The notes under the pieces are model-generated. The model was not told the origin of the DNA. It searched no databases and saw only the letters and a list, made by a program, of their open reading frames with translations. From Lama guanicoe (lineage: Eukaryota), in assembly GCA_013239625.1 (NCBI GenBank), contig MU056000.1, positions 10,055,175 to 10,119,174 of the forward strand: a DNA stretch of 64,000 bases. The letters are read 5' to 3'. Position 1 is the first letter of the stretch; the number at the start of each line of letters is the position of its first letter. The position numbers were made by a program, and so were the translations under genes. Shown piece by piece: positions 24,826-36,400 of this stretch.

Positions 24826-27800
24826 AAGTGCATGCACATCCCCATGTCCAAGGGCGGGAGGCTGCCGGGAAGTGGTGACTGTTAAGTCAGCAGAGGTGGG
24901 CTAGAGGCCCAGACACTTCTATGGTATAAGGTCGTCTCCCGCAGAAAGCATCCTCCGTTTTCCTTGTTTGGCTGTGTGCATGTTGCTGCTATTGATCTCC
25001 GTACTGTTGTTTGCTGTTAGTAATTAGTTGCTTCTCAAGACTCACACCTCTCGCACTTGGATTGTGTCTCCAGTGAAATCCCCGTCCCTGGACGGGCCAG
25101 GCTCACTGCAGACCCTCATCAGTGCTTGCTGGCTGATTACTGGTTTTGATCATTCACAGAGGAGGCTGAAGCAGCACCTTTCCTCAAGGTTTTCCTTTGA
25201 GATTTAAAGTCTGGTTTGTTGCCTCTGACTGTTTTTATTTCACTGAGTTGATTTCCCGATGAGCAGACTGTGCAAAGGTCACGCCAGGGAAAGACAGCGC
25301 GCTGGTGAGATTGTCTGAGCTCTTGGGAATGTCTTCACAGGAGAGCTTTCCATGAGCCTGTCAAGAATGTTTCTTGGTCTTCCCTTTCCCCATACTTCGC
25401 TTCCATTTCTTGGACTTACCCTCCCATCTTTTTTAAGGCTGGAGTTAACATGAACCTGAAAACAGGCCACAGGGCCTTTTAAAATTATACACATCAATAT
25501 GAGGCCAACCCAGATTTTCATAACTAGGTCAAGAAGTTTCTACAGAGTCAGGTTTCAAAAGCACTCTATTCTTTAAAGAAAAAGGTATCTTAAGGAAAGA
25601 TGACCAGTGTTCAAAGCATAGCTGTTGGCAGGGCCCAAGGATCCTAGCTGCTGGAAGATGCTGATTTCTGGGGCCTGCCTTGGATGGGGAGCCCGCTGTG
25701 GGCCAGGTGTGGGGTGAGGCCGGGGCTGGGTGTGAAAAAGGAAGGCCAGCTGCAGACCTGTAAGGAGCTCTTGGTCCCGGAGAAGCAGTTTGGTTCCAAC
25801 AGTGGGCCTGGAGGAGCCCGTGGCAGCATTCTACCCACAGAGGGTGGCGGAGACAGGTTTTTTCAGTCACGCAAATACTCTTTCTGTACCTAACTACTGA
25901 ACAATCATTTCTTACTTACAGAGAGTGACTTAAATCTCTCCCCAAAGTTCCTTTTCTTGATGATTGTGCTTTTTTATCTGTATATCGGGATCAACTGATC
26001 GTAGTGTGATAGTGGGAGGGTATTCAAACCGTAGCAAATCAGGAAGGGAGGAAACTGCGGTGGGATTTGCGAGGTGGTTCCTCACAGTTACCAGAGAATA
26101 GATACCCTTGAAGAATGGTGATAATTTCAGGCAAGATCCTTGGAAAAGTTTCTAGGACTCCGTGTTATGTTTGTAAAATTGAAAAGTCTGAGTAGCTCTG
26201 AAAGCTGGCTGTGTTTGCAGGTGTCAGCATCCACAGCACCACACCCAAGCACATCATCCTGAAGTCAGTGAAATGCTTTATCGCCGATTTCATGGACCTT
26301 ACCATCCCTGAAGAGTGCATGCGCCTTGTGTTCAATCCACCAGCAAGTTTTCTGTGCTATTAACAGCCTCATGCAAGAGATGCCTTTTAAGTTTACCCTG
26401 AAGTCCCCAAATGGGGATGTCCCACATAGGTGAACTGAGGAGAGACTCTCCACAAAGACTTGTACTTGATTTTCAAGAGGGTTGATTTCTAATCTGTTGT
26501 TTCCCCGTGGTGGGATGACTTGCTTTTGTTGTCTAGTGCTGGAAAGTGCTTGTGTGTGCGTATCTGCTCCTGCTCCTGATTGGGAATGTGGCCCGTTAAG
26601 CTAGGCTTTAGTTTGTTGGATTTATTTGGCCTGTTTGACCTGTTAGTGGGTGCCAGGGCTCAAGAGTTCATGCTGAAATTTGCAGTCGAAGTTTAAATTC
26701 ATGTTCCTGTACGTCCATCTTTTTCATTTGAATTAGTGCTCTATGTTTCAGCCTGATTTTGGGAATAACCTATGTTGAAATGCAAATTTATTGTTGGAAA
26801 TGTCACCCAGAAACCCAGGTCTGTCTGGGGGTACTCTCCTGGGGCAGGCCATGCCCTTTGCCCCCAGGATGGGAAGGGAGCCTTGAAGCCAGGAGGCCTT
26901 TACAATTTCCCCCCTGGATCTGGTGCTTACAGCCACTAGGTGACCTCTGCAGCCGGGGTGTTAGGGCCACTATTACAGGTTTACATTTTTGACTCCTGTG
27001 GTTGAATTTTTCCGTTTTAATTAGGTTATTTGAGGTGAATGCGTGGATTAAGTTCCTTGTTCTTTGCGTAACACAGAATTAAAGGGAAATTTAAGACACC
27101 CGAGCCTGCTTTTTTCATCACCTCTGTTATGTTCATACTGGGTATTAAGGCGGCCTTATTCCATCCTTCTTTCTTTTACAAACGGAAAGGTCCTCATTTT
27201 GTTTTTACATCATGTTCTTCCTCACGAGGTTTTGACAGTACAAGAGTTGTGTTTTTAAGAAGGTGTTCCCACGCTGCCATTTCCTTTCCTTTTGCAGGAT
27301 GGTGTCATTTCTGTTGATCACTAATTGGCATGTCTGAATCTCTCTCCTTTGATTCCAGGCATTATTTATAGTGACTTTAAAATGATTTTGTTACAGAGGT
27401 GAAAAATTTGAATTACTGCTGTAACTTTACCACTGAGTCCCAGGAAATAACTCGCCCTCTTTCATAAATAGGCTTCTGTTGTGGGTAATGATATATCAAG
27501 TCTATGATGGTCTTCGTTTTATTTAACTGGAGTTCTTGAGTTATTGTCATAAAATGCATATCAGTGAAATGCTGTGTAACTTGTTTGCATTTATTTTGTG
27601 CAGTCGTGGTAATAAAATTGTTTTCTAAACTTAATTATAGTTTCTCATATTGGATTCATAGTGATGAGTTCCTAAAAAAAGAATTACCCACTAGTAGATT
27701 GATACTTCCTTTTGGGAAATGAAAAGTGATAAGTACTTAATGGCATTTTAGGATTAGCTTGAAAATATCTGTAAGTTGATAGCACTTGGATCGTCAAGTG

Positions 27801-28349
27801 TTGTCACCAGCTGTAGAGTGATTTGGTAATTAGACAAAGTATTTTCGAAGGGATTTATTATTAAAAGCAAATGGTAGCCAGTTTTGATAGGTGAAAAATT
27901 ATTTGAGAAAAGCAGGATTCCAGGTGATTAAATGGAAGGCAGATGAAGTCGGGGAGAAGAGGACGCGGAGGAGGATGGGCAACCAGGCCGCGTGTTGGGG
28001 TCTTAAAGAAATGCCTTATAGATGCATTTATACTCTTGGTATTTTCTGTATTTTACTCAAACCAGAGATTCTGGTGGTTGTATCATGCTTTAGATTCTTT
28101 TTTTAAGTTTCATATTAAACATATAAAAGTTCTTTGTGATAGCTTTGTAATGTAGATACTAGTTAGCTTCTTCCTTTTTAATTGAAAAAACACATTCCAT
28201 GGAGAGAGTGTAGTAATTTGTATACACTGGAGTTAGAAAGTTTTGGTTTTATTTAAAAATTTGATACACATGCTTTAGTAGCCTTTAGCTAGTCACTGAA
28301 CCCTTTGCCATTCACAGTCACCATTATTTAAGACAGCCTTTAATGCTCG

Positions 28350-28395
28350 CTTATTCGTTCATGCAGCATTTATTGAACACCTACTATGTGCTATG
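28350..28395 (-). mobile_element. L2 3' end fragment
   Basis: ttattcgttcatgcagcatttattgaacacctactatgtgc. Confidence 0.6.
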
Positions 28396-30479
28396 CAGTC
28401 AGTAAAAGTAAAACTTGTTTTGGAGTTGATTTGAAGGTCTTGAAAGAGAATATTATCTACATAGAAATGTGTTTAATTACTTTTCAACCATTTGCATAAA
28501 AATATTAAAATTTAAGTACTCATTTTAACTTGATCTATAATTTCAGCATTTGATAAAATGAAGATAGAATATTAGTGGTTTGTAATAATGAGAAATTAAT
28601 TGGAATGTGACCCTATTTCAGCATTCCAGCTATTAAATTATGTCTAGCCTTGCCATAAAACCAAATATCATGCATATATTTGGGAGAAGGATTGGAAATC
28701 GTTACAGTCCTAGAGTTACAAAGATACACAGAATGTCCAGCAGACCCAACCAGGCCTGATTTGCCCAGGAAAATAAGTAAATCAGACATCTGGTTTGTGC
28801 TTCAGTTTGTATGACCGCAGAGAAAGAACTGATTTATGTTCAGCAAAAAACATACACACAGAAAATTATTTATACTGTTGTAAAAGAAACAAAACATTTT
28901 AGCTTGCCAAAAATATAGTGCTGTTATAGGAAAAACCTGTTGCTAAGTCTCTCATTGGTCGCTGTAGGTAATCATCCTTTTGACTAAAACTACAGGAATG
29001 CCAATCCAGATTTTTCAGCATTTGAAGAACTCTAAAATTGCACCATTTAAGGTAATGCTGGCTGGCTAAACTTTGCAACGTTTGATTGTAGACCATAAGC
29101 TGCACAGCCCGAGGTCAGAATTAGGCAATCTACATTATTTGGGATAATGGAGGACAAAGGCAGGGCTCAGCCAATGGCTATTCTTCTGTCTCATCACTTG
29201 GCTGAGTACAGATGGAAATCACCCACAGAGATACAGAGAGGCTGCTGCGGAATAATTGTTCAGTAGACCATGTGTGTCTCTGAAACCTGACTAGGTTTAA
29301 GCACTAGTTCTTCTCTGTTCCTGGATGTTTCTCAGTCTGAAACGTCTTCTCTGGTCATAAGCTTAGAAAACAAGAAAGAAATTGGCTCATTGCTAATTGA
29401 AAGCAAAAACGCTGGCATCAAAGCACAGAGGGTTTGTGTTGTTTTTGTTGTTTCCCACATGTAAAGGAGAAGGGTCTGTCTCTGTGACTCTTGCCCTCAG
29501 CAGTGGTCAGCATACATCTAGAGCCACTTGCCGGCTGTATGTGTTGGCTGTCCTCTGAAAAGGCAGCATGATGCCACCAAAAAACCCAACAGTGAACACA
29601 AGTAGGCTTAGGTAAGGCTTCTGCAGAAGAGTGAAACAAAGGAGTGTGTCTGCTGACACTTCAGCATCACTGGGGTATAGATTCTTTGTGTACTTTTGGG
29701 AAAGATCCACTTTACAGTGCTGCTGGTTTATTGAGAAGTTAGATCTGGTCACCATCCATCCATTTTGGCTTAGTGCTCAGTGGCTGTGGTTTTTAGTAGT
29801 TTGCACGCAGGGAGTTAGTTACATGCACAGTTTGGCATATACTTTCTGGACCTGACTTAGTTAAGACTCTTGGCTGCTGGGGCACCAGAGGGGATTTATC
29901 TTAAGTGTACAGAGCCCTTCAGTCTGCCTAGGGGAGGGGAGGGAGGAGGTGTGGCCTTGCCTCCCTGGGAGGATCTGTGGGAAGTGGGAGCTGGTTCACT
30001 CGGAAATAGCCACTGTTTTGCCTGTTTCTCCCTCGGGTCTACGTTCTGTCTGTCCGTCTACCCAGCCAACTCTACTTCACCTTCATAGTTTAAGGAGAAA
30101 TTGACTAGCAGCTCTGAGAAGCTGGTCAGCTACAGTCAGGGGTGGACACGGCACACTTGCACCCTTGTCCAAGAAAGATTCTGTTGTGGAGTTTATGGTC
30201 CCCTGGTTAAGAAACTGTGTTTGGTGACTTTTTTAAGACGTTCCCTCCAAAGGTAGAATTCAGCAAGCCAAGTAGGGAATACGGTGTTTAGAGTAAGAGA
30301 TTTTGGTCTGTCTGGAGTGAAGACCTGTGAACTTGGTTGGGAAAGAAATTAATTACATCTTTATTTTCACAGCTGTCCAGTTAAACACAGTATCTTTCAC
30401 TTGTGAATGTGATGCAGCTGCTCTAGTAGCACCTGTGACTTGTCACCAGTGGACATCGCAGATATTTTCAGATTCCATT

Positions 30480-30725
30480 CTGTGTGGTTACTGCAGATCT
30501 CCCAGAATTTCAGTAATGCTCATCACTGCTTCAGAATCAGTGACTACTAGACTGACAGCTAGATCTTGTTATTTAGTATGCAATAAAGAAGCACATAATA
30601 CTTTAAAATCTTTAGATAACTTTAAAAAATATAATTAGTTTTCTGTGTAACTTTCTGTGTTTTATTTTACATATTTGAAAACAGTATTCTGAGAAGAGGT
30701 CCATTAATATTTGCCAGGCTGCTAC
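30480..30725. mobile_element. hAT-Charlie-type DNA transposon remnant
   Basis: ctagatcttgttattta...aataaagaagcacata...tattctgagaagaggtccat resembles a common hAT-Charlie consensus. Subfamily not assigned. Confidence 0.55.
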
Positions 30726-32331
30726 TAGTTAGAACTACACTACTCCCAAAACATTGCGAGCTAGAATTGAGAGCACAGTTTTCTTTTATGACTGTTAGGA
30801 TTCAAATGTTTTCAACAAGTTTTCCAGTTACCTTCCAATTTTCTCCACTTTTTGTTTAGAACTCCTTCCCTTCCACAATTTTTCCTTTTTAATCTTTGAA
30901 GGTCTAGTAATGGATTCCATTTCTTGTTTTTCCTTTGCATAAATTGTATATTCTTGGAACTGAAGATTCTACATTATTCTAGCATTAAAATTTAGAGCTA
31001 TACCAGGATAAAACTAGATTTGGGAGCATAACCTCAAGGTGTGGAAGGAAGATATGTTTTATAAGCCAGTGTTTCTCAAGATTAGGCTTGATAAGGCTCA
31101 GTTCACTTAAATCTACCTGGGCATTTTCAGTAACACTAATTTGATCACATTGACAGTTACACAAATATTTTGGGAACCTCCCTCCATGTAGCCTATTTTG
31201 TCTAATGTAACATTAGTCCATTTAGTAGGGGCTCAGCATAATTTATGAGAGTCATGAAAATATATAGGACACTTAGATGCTGGGTTGGGGGAGACAAAGC
31301 TTGTGAAAGAAAAGTTCGCAAAATACTACGTTACAGTAAAAGTGTCCCTGCATCAGAAATACTGATTTGCGACCATTTTGGGGGGAGGCTAATGCATTTT
31401 GGGATAACGACAATCAAGCATAGTTTTTTTAAAAAAATATGTTTTATGCCAGTCCTTTATAAAAACAGGTCTTTTTATGCTTTCGGAGATGATTTTAAAA
31501 TTTAGATACATTGAATTTTTCAAATCTTTCACTTTTACTGAATGCCAAGTGAATGGAGATAGCCAAAACATTTAATTCTTCTTTAAATCATGGTCACTTG
31601 AGAATTTGGTCTTAAGTCCTGTCTTTATAAGGCTGTTGAACATTTTATGCACGTGTTTAGAAGGTTGAGAGTGGATTTATTCATTTCATAAATGCAGTGG
31701 TCTTCTGAAACACTTGACCATTAAATTTAGTTTTCACAAGAGTATTTTTAGCTTAGCAGGAACAGCCCGTTTCCAAGACTGTTTCTGTGTACTACTTTCC
31801 CTACCATAGGTTCCTCTGTGGACTCTGCCCTGAGGTTTGAGAGAGGAAGGTGCTTACAGTTTGACAGCAGTGAGCCACAAGAATGCCCCAGGGGGCAGGT
31901 GATTTATTCTGAAATCCATTTGAGTGTTGAAAACAAATTAATATTCCTGTATTTAAAACGTTTGTAAATAAATTGCCACGTTTACATTTTGTTTTCAGTG
32001 GTTTATATTTCACAGGTTTAAAGTTTTCAAAGTTTAAAGTCCCATTGTATTTTTTCATATAATAGCTGGAATATGAGTATTTACAAATATGAGGGAAAAT
32101 TTCAAACACAGAGATCTTTTCCTGCCAGGTGTTTCTGGCACTTGTGTGAATTTCATGTTAAGTCTTGGTGTCTGGCTGCTCTGAAATGTGGGGCACTAAC
32201 TTTGCACCTGCCTTGCTGGAGCGCCTATCCTGGGACCTGGAGATTGGATGGCTCTGGATTCTGACCTTTTAAAGCATGCTGTCTCTGGTTAAGTAGCAAA
32301 TAGGGAATTACAAAATAAAAATAGAAAAGAA

Positions 32332-32501
32332 GGGTGAAGGGTATAGCCCAAGAGGGTGGGGGAGGATATAGCTCAAATGGTAGAGTGCATGCTTAGCATA
32401 CACAAGGTCCTGGGTTCAGTCCCCAGTACCTCTCTAGAAATAAATACGTAAGCCTAATTCTTCCCCCCCTGGAAAAAAAAAAGAAATAAAAAAGAAAAGA
32501 A
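32332..32501 (+). mobile_element. Camelid tRNA-derived SINE (Vic-1-like) with a duplicated partial head
   Basis: GGGGGAGGATATAGCTCAAATGGTAGAGTGCATGCTTAGCATACACAAGGTCCTGGGTTCAGTCCCCAGTACCTC plus an A-rich tail, preceded by GGGTGAAGGGTATAGCCCAA. AGAAAAGAA occurs on both sides. Confidence 0.9.
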
Positions 32502-33351
32502 ACCTGACAGAGGGAGACGGAGAGAAAAAGAGAGAAAAGAAGAGGATAGATACTGCTGGACCAAGTGGCTTCCCTCCCTCAGCTAGGACCGCGGGCCCCT
32601 GGGAGAGGAATAATTGCTCCTGTCTGCTTGTGTCAGGCGCCTCAGAGTTCTATGTGAAGGAGGCTCCTTTGCGTCTGTATGTGAATATAAGACCTTCCCT
32701 GGCACGTCCACAGGCCCATTGCTGCAGGTTAAATGAAAGCAAAATCAGCCCTGGCTGTACCACGACTTGGCTCAGTTTCTGCCTCACTGCAAGGGTTTTA
32801 TCAGTGTTGTCTACTTTTTCTGTTTCATTTATCTGTTTATCATAGATTACATTAATATTGTTTATTGTGTATGTGCCTCGTGTTTATTTTTATTTTTTAC
32901 AAATATTCCTACCCCATGATTTTCCTAGCTCATGAAGTAATTCTTCATTTCCCCACTTCTTTTAACCATTCTTCCCTAAAACTGTCTCCTTTAGGGCAGA
33001 GATTTCATTTGGCCCTCATTGCCCTGTATTTGCCGAGCTGGAGCAACCAAGCTGTAGGTGTGGTGTGAGGACCACACAGCAAAGGCTTTCTACTTGGCGC
33101 CAGAGATGAAAAGAGAGGTCACTGTTGGTGATGGTTGTCTGCACAGAAATGCCTCCACTTAGAAGGGCAGAGAAAAGGATCAGTGTCCAAGTTGGCTGAG
33201 GTACTTACTGCCAAGATTCAACTTAGAAGCCCCAGGTTATCACCTTGTGCTCTGTGTCGTGGTTAAAAAGCCTGGTCCCTGCTTGATGTTTAAAAGGTGA
33301 CCGGTGTTGCTGTCAAATGTGATGATTCCTTAACTTGACATCCTTAATTGA

Positions 33352-33483
33352 TAGGCTGACCATATAATTTATGATCCAAACAGAGATGCTTTTGAGAGTG
33401 AAAGAGGGTGTTATGATCTTTATTCTGGAACAACAGGTGCAAACTGGGACTGTCCCTGTTGAACCAGGATGTACAGTCACTCG
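33352..33483. mobile_element. MER81-like hAT-Blackjack MITE
   Basis: taggctgaccatataatttat...ttttgagagtgaaagaggg...aacaacaggtgcaaactgggactgtccc...gtcactc, with degenerate TAGGGTGACC termini. Confidence 0.75.
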
Positions 33484-36400
33484 ATTTACTGACCACAGAA
33501 GATGAGAGTCATGTTAAGATACTCATGACTCCCAATGATGAGTGTTTTGTGACTTCTCCCCAACTTGTATACAATAATGTGTGATTCAGTATTGGACACA
33601 TAAAGGCATTGACAACTGGTTGAGAAGAGGAGTCAGAAGAGATGGTGCTGACTCAGAGCCCCTGTCAATAGCGGTCTGTTTAAAAACAGACCTAAAGTAC
33701 ATTCAGAGACCACCCCCGCCCCCAGCTTCTCGAGTGGCTGAATCACCCGTTTCATGTGTAAGCTGAGTGGGCTGAGAGCCGTGAATCAGGATTTGTCAAC
33801 ACTCAGGACCTGGCGTGCGGCCTCCTCGTCTTCACAAGAACTCAGAAGGGGGTCTTTGTGCTTCAACCCCCCTCTCCAATCACAGAAGAAGGGTGGTGAA
33901 AAAGCCTTTTTAACTTCGTCCTGTTCTGAGTGAGTGAGGAGTTACTTTGGCCAGAGAGCCTCTCCCAGCCCTGGCCGGCATCTGCCTGATCCCCTGGCGT
34001 GAGTCTGGTGTCCCAGAACGCGGGGAACATCGTCTCCAGCACTGGAACCCTTGGCAGCTTCTTTGTTAGAGGAATTGTTCTGTATTTGTTCTTAATTGTT
34101 CGGTAATGCTAGGTTAAAGGCATGTTTAAATGCGATTTTAAAACCACCTTAAAATAAAAATGTGTTCTTTTTCACTTTTTCTGCCCTCAGAATTCTTCAA
34201 AAGTATACATATTTAAATAAACAAATTGTCTATTAAAACATGTGTTTTTCTTACAGTCTGGAATTTTCTACATATTATGTGTGTATATATATATCTTTTA
34301 AATTTACCTGGTTTTGGAAGGCATATTGGGTAAAGTACCAATGAACTATAACACAGACATAGTCAGGTCTGTGTATTATATTCCCTAGTTTTCTGGTGCA
34401 ACCTCCTGAAATAACCTAGATAAAAAGCTGGTTACATGCTGATATTTTCAGTCTGTGTGGCCTGAATTTCCAGGCTGATCATTACATACTGCCTGGAGCT
34501 TCTTATTCTCATTGGATTAAAAAAGATTACTTTGAAGCGAATGGGGCAAAAGAGGCTAACTGATTTTACCACTCTTTTTCTTTAACTGTGCTGAGAGTAT
34601 TGAGTTAAACGGAAGCTGTCAGTATTCTTACCTAAATAAGACTTGCTTGCTTTAGAAAAAAAATAACCTAAATTGGACTTCGGTTAAGAGTCTCATTTTT
34701 AGCTTTAAAGAAAAAAAAATCACAGAAGTAGGACATGTGTTGGAACTGTCTCATCTTTGAATATGAAAATACAGGTAGATCGTTTTAATTTGCTTTTGGA
34801 GTTTATTATTTGAGTTGACTTATTTTTCTACACATGATAAAATATTTAGCTTTGTCCAGTGAAATCCTTCAGAAAAGAACTAAGGTATAAAGATCATGCA
34901 AGAAAGTGGCATTTATACACATTCACTTTTAGAATTTTTTTGGGTTCCATTGTATGGATCATTAAAAAAATAACCGACAATGGAATATTAAAGTGCATTT
35001 TTGATTTTTTTTGATTCTTCTATTAGCACTATGTCTCAGTCTCTTTTCTTTTTTTAACTTAAGTTACAGCCTCTTTCTAAGTAATGAAAAAAGATACCTT
35101 ATTTGAGGAGTATAGAATAAATGTGGATATTTTCTGGAGACACCATATTGTTCTTAGATGCCTTAAAATGTGTTAGAAAACACTGAAAGGGGAAAACTCT
35201 TCCCAGACATTGATTAGGTCACAATTCTGTTAGTGCCTCTCCAAAGGTTGGGCCATCTGTTGAAACTGAAGTTGGAGCCCCACTCAGTGCCTTACGGACC
35301 CTGCGAAGCACAGATGAGTCTGGGAGCTGGTTACTGGCCCCATCTGCTGTTGTTGGCTGCCCACTCATCCTGGTGCTGGCTGTTATCCATCCGATCTGAG
35401 ACCCTGATGGCCCTTGTGCCAGGTTGTGAATGGCTGTGGGCAGGCCTGTGATTGGGTGTTTCTGGGCGGGATGTCTTTGAGGTGGAGCATGGAACACTCA
35501 CATGGGATGTGCGTCCACAGTAGCCCCAGGGCAGCTGTGTTGCAGGAATCCCTTTTGGGGGGCCATTTCAGTGCACTCGGGGCTCTGGCTTCCTCTCGCT
35601 TTGCCTTACAGACCAAGGTCAGGGGTACTGAAAATAGACAGATGAGAGGATTTCAGCCAAGGTTAGGCTGAAACTTGAGTAGATAGCCAGAGAAGTACCT
35701 GGCACAGTGGAAAGAGCCAAAAATCCGGAGAGTTTTGTATTCTGGCTCTGCCACTTGTGGCGTGGCAGCCCGGCGACTGCTGTTCCCTGAGCATGTGCTC
35801 TGTGTCGGGTAGGAAATCAGGGTACACTGCTGTGTTTTCCATCCCCAGGGAGCCCCTGCTGAGCTATTCTGTTGAATGTCTCATGGGCTCTTTCCAGAGT
35901 CCCTCTTCATGTTGACCCTCTTCTCTCTCCATGAACAGATGAGGCCCTGAGACACTAACTGTCTTAATTTGATGAAGGTAATAGGCTGGGACGCGTGGAA
36001 GTGTTGGGATCCAGACCTCGCTCTAGCTCTGAGGCTTATTGTGTTCTTTGTCTGGTACCATCTTGTCTCTTTAAATTTTAGCATTTCTTCCAGTTAAGCT
36101 GTCTTTGTGGGTGGAGAGAGATGACCAGGGTATGTGGAACAAAGGATACTAACCTGGAGGTCGCAGCCCCCTGAAAGTGACACAGAAAGGACATTCCAAG
36201 TACAGAGCTGATTGGGGTGGAGGGGAGCAGTGGCTCAGCACTGGTGAGTGGAAACAGAGGCCTCGGGCCCAGCATGGGGGACCCCTCCCTAAGCAGAGCC
36301 TGATCTAATGCACTGGACTCGGCCCTTCTGCAGCCCTTCTGCAGCCGGCCTGGCAGGACAAGGCTGGTAGGGGGGCAGGGCACCCTGTAGGGACATGGTT

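Noticed and set aside
27270..27317. Strong-looking acceptor ttcctttccttttgcAG at 27297
   Set aside because: A stop follows within a few codons in the TRIO phase and I see no convincing downstream donor. Decoy acceptors are common in long introns.
32358..32432. tRNA-like sequence with A and B boxes (also 17012-17085 on the minus strand)
   Set aside because: A-rich tails, TSDs and multiple diverged copies show these are tRNA-derived SINEs, not tRNA genes.
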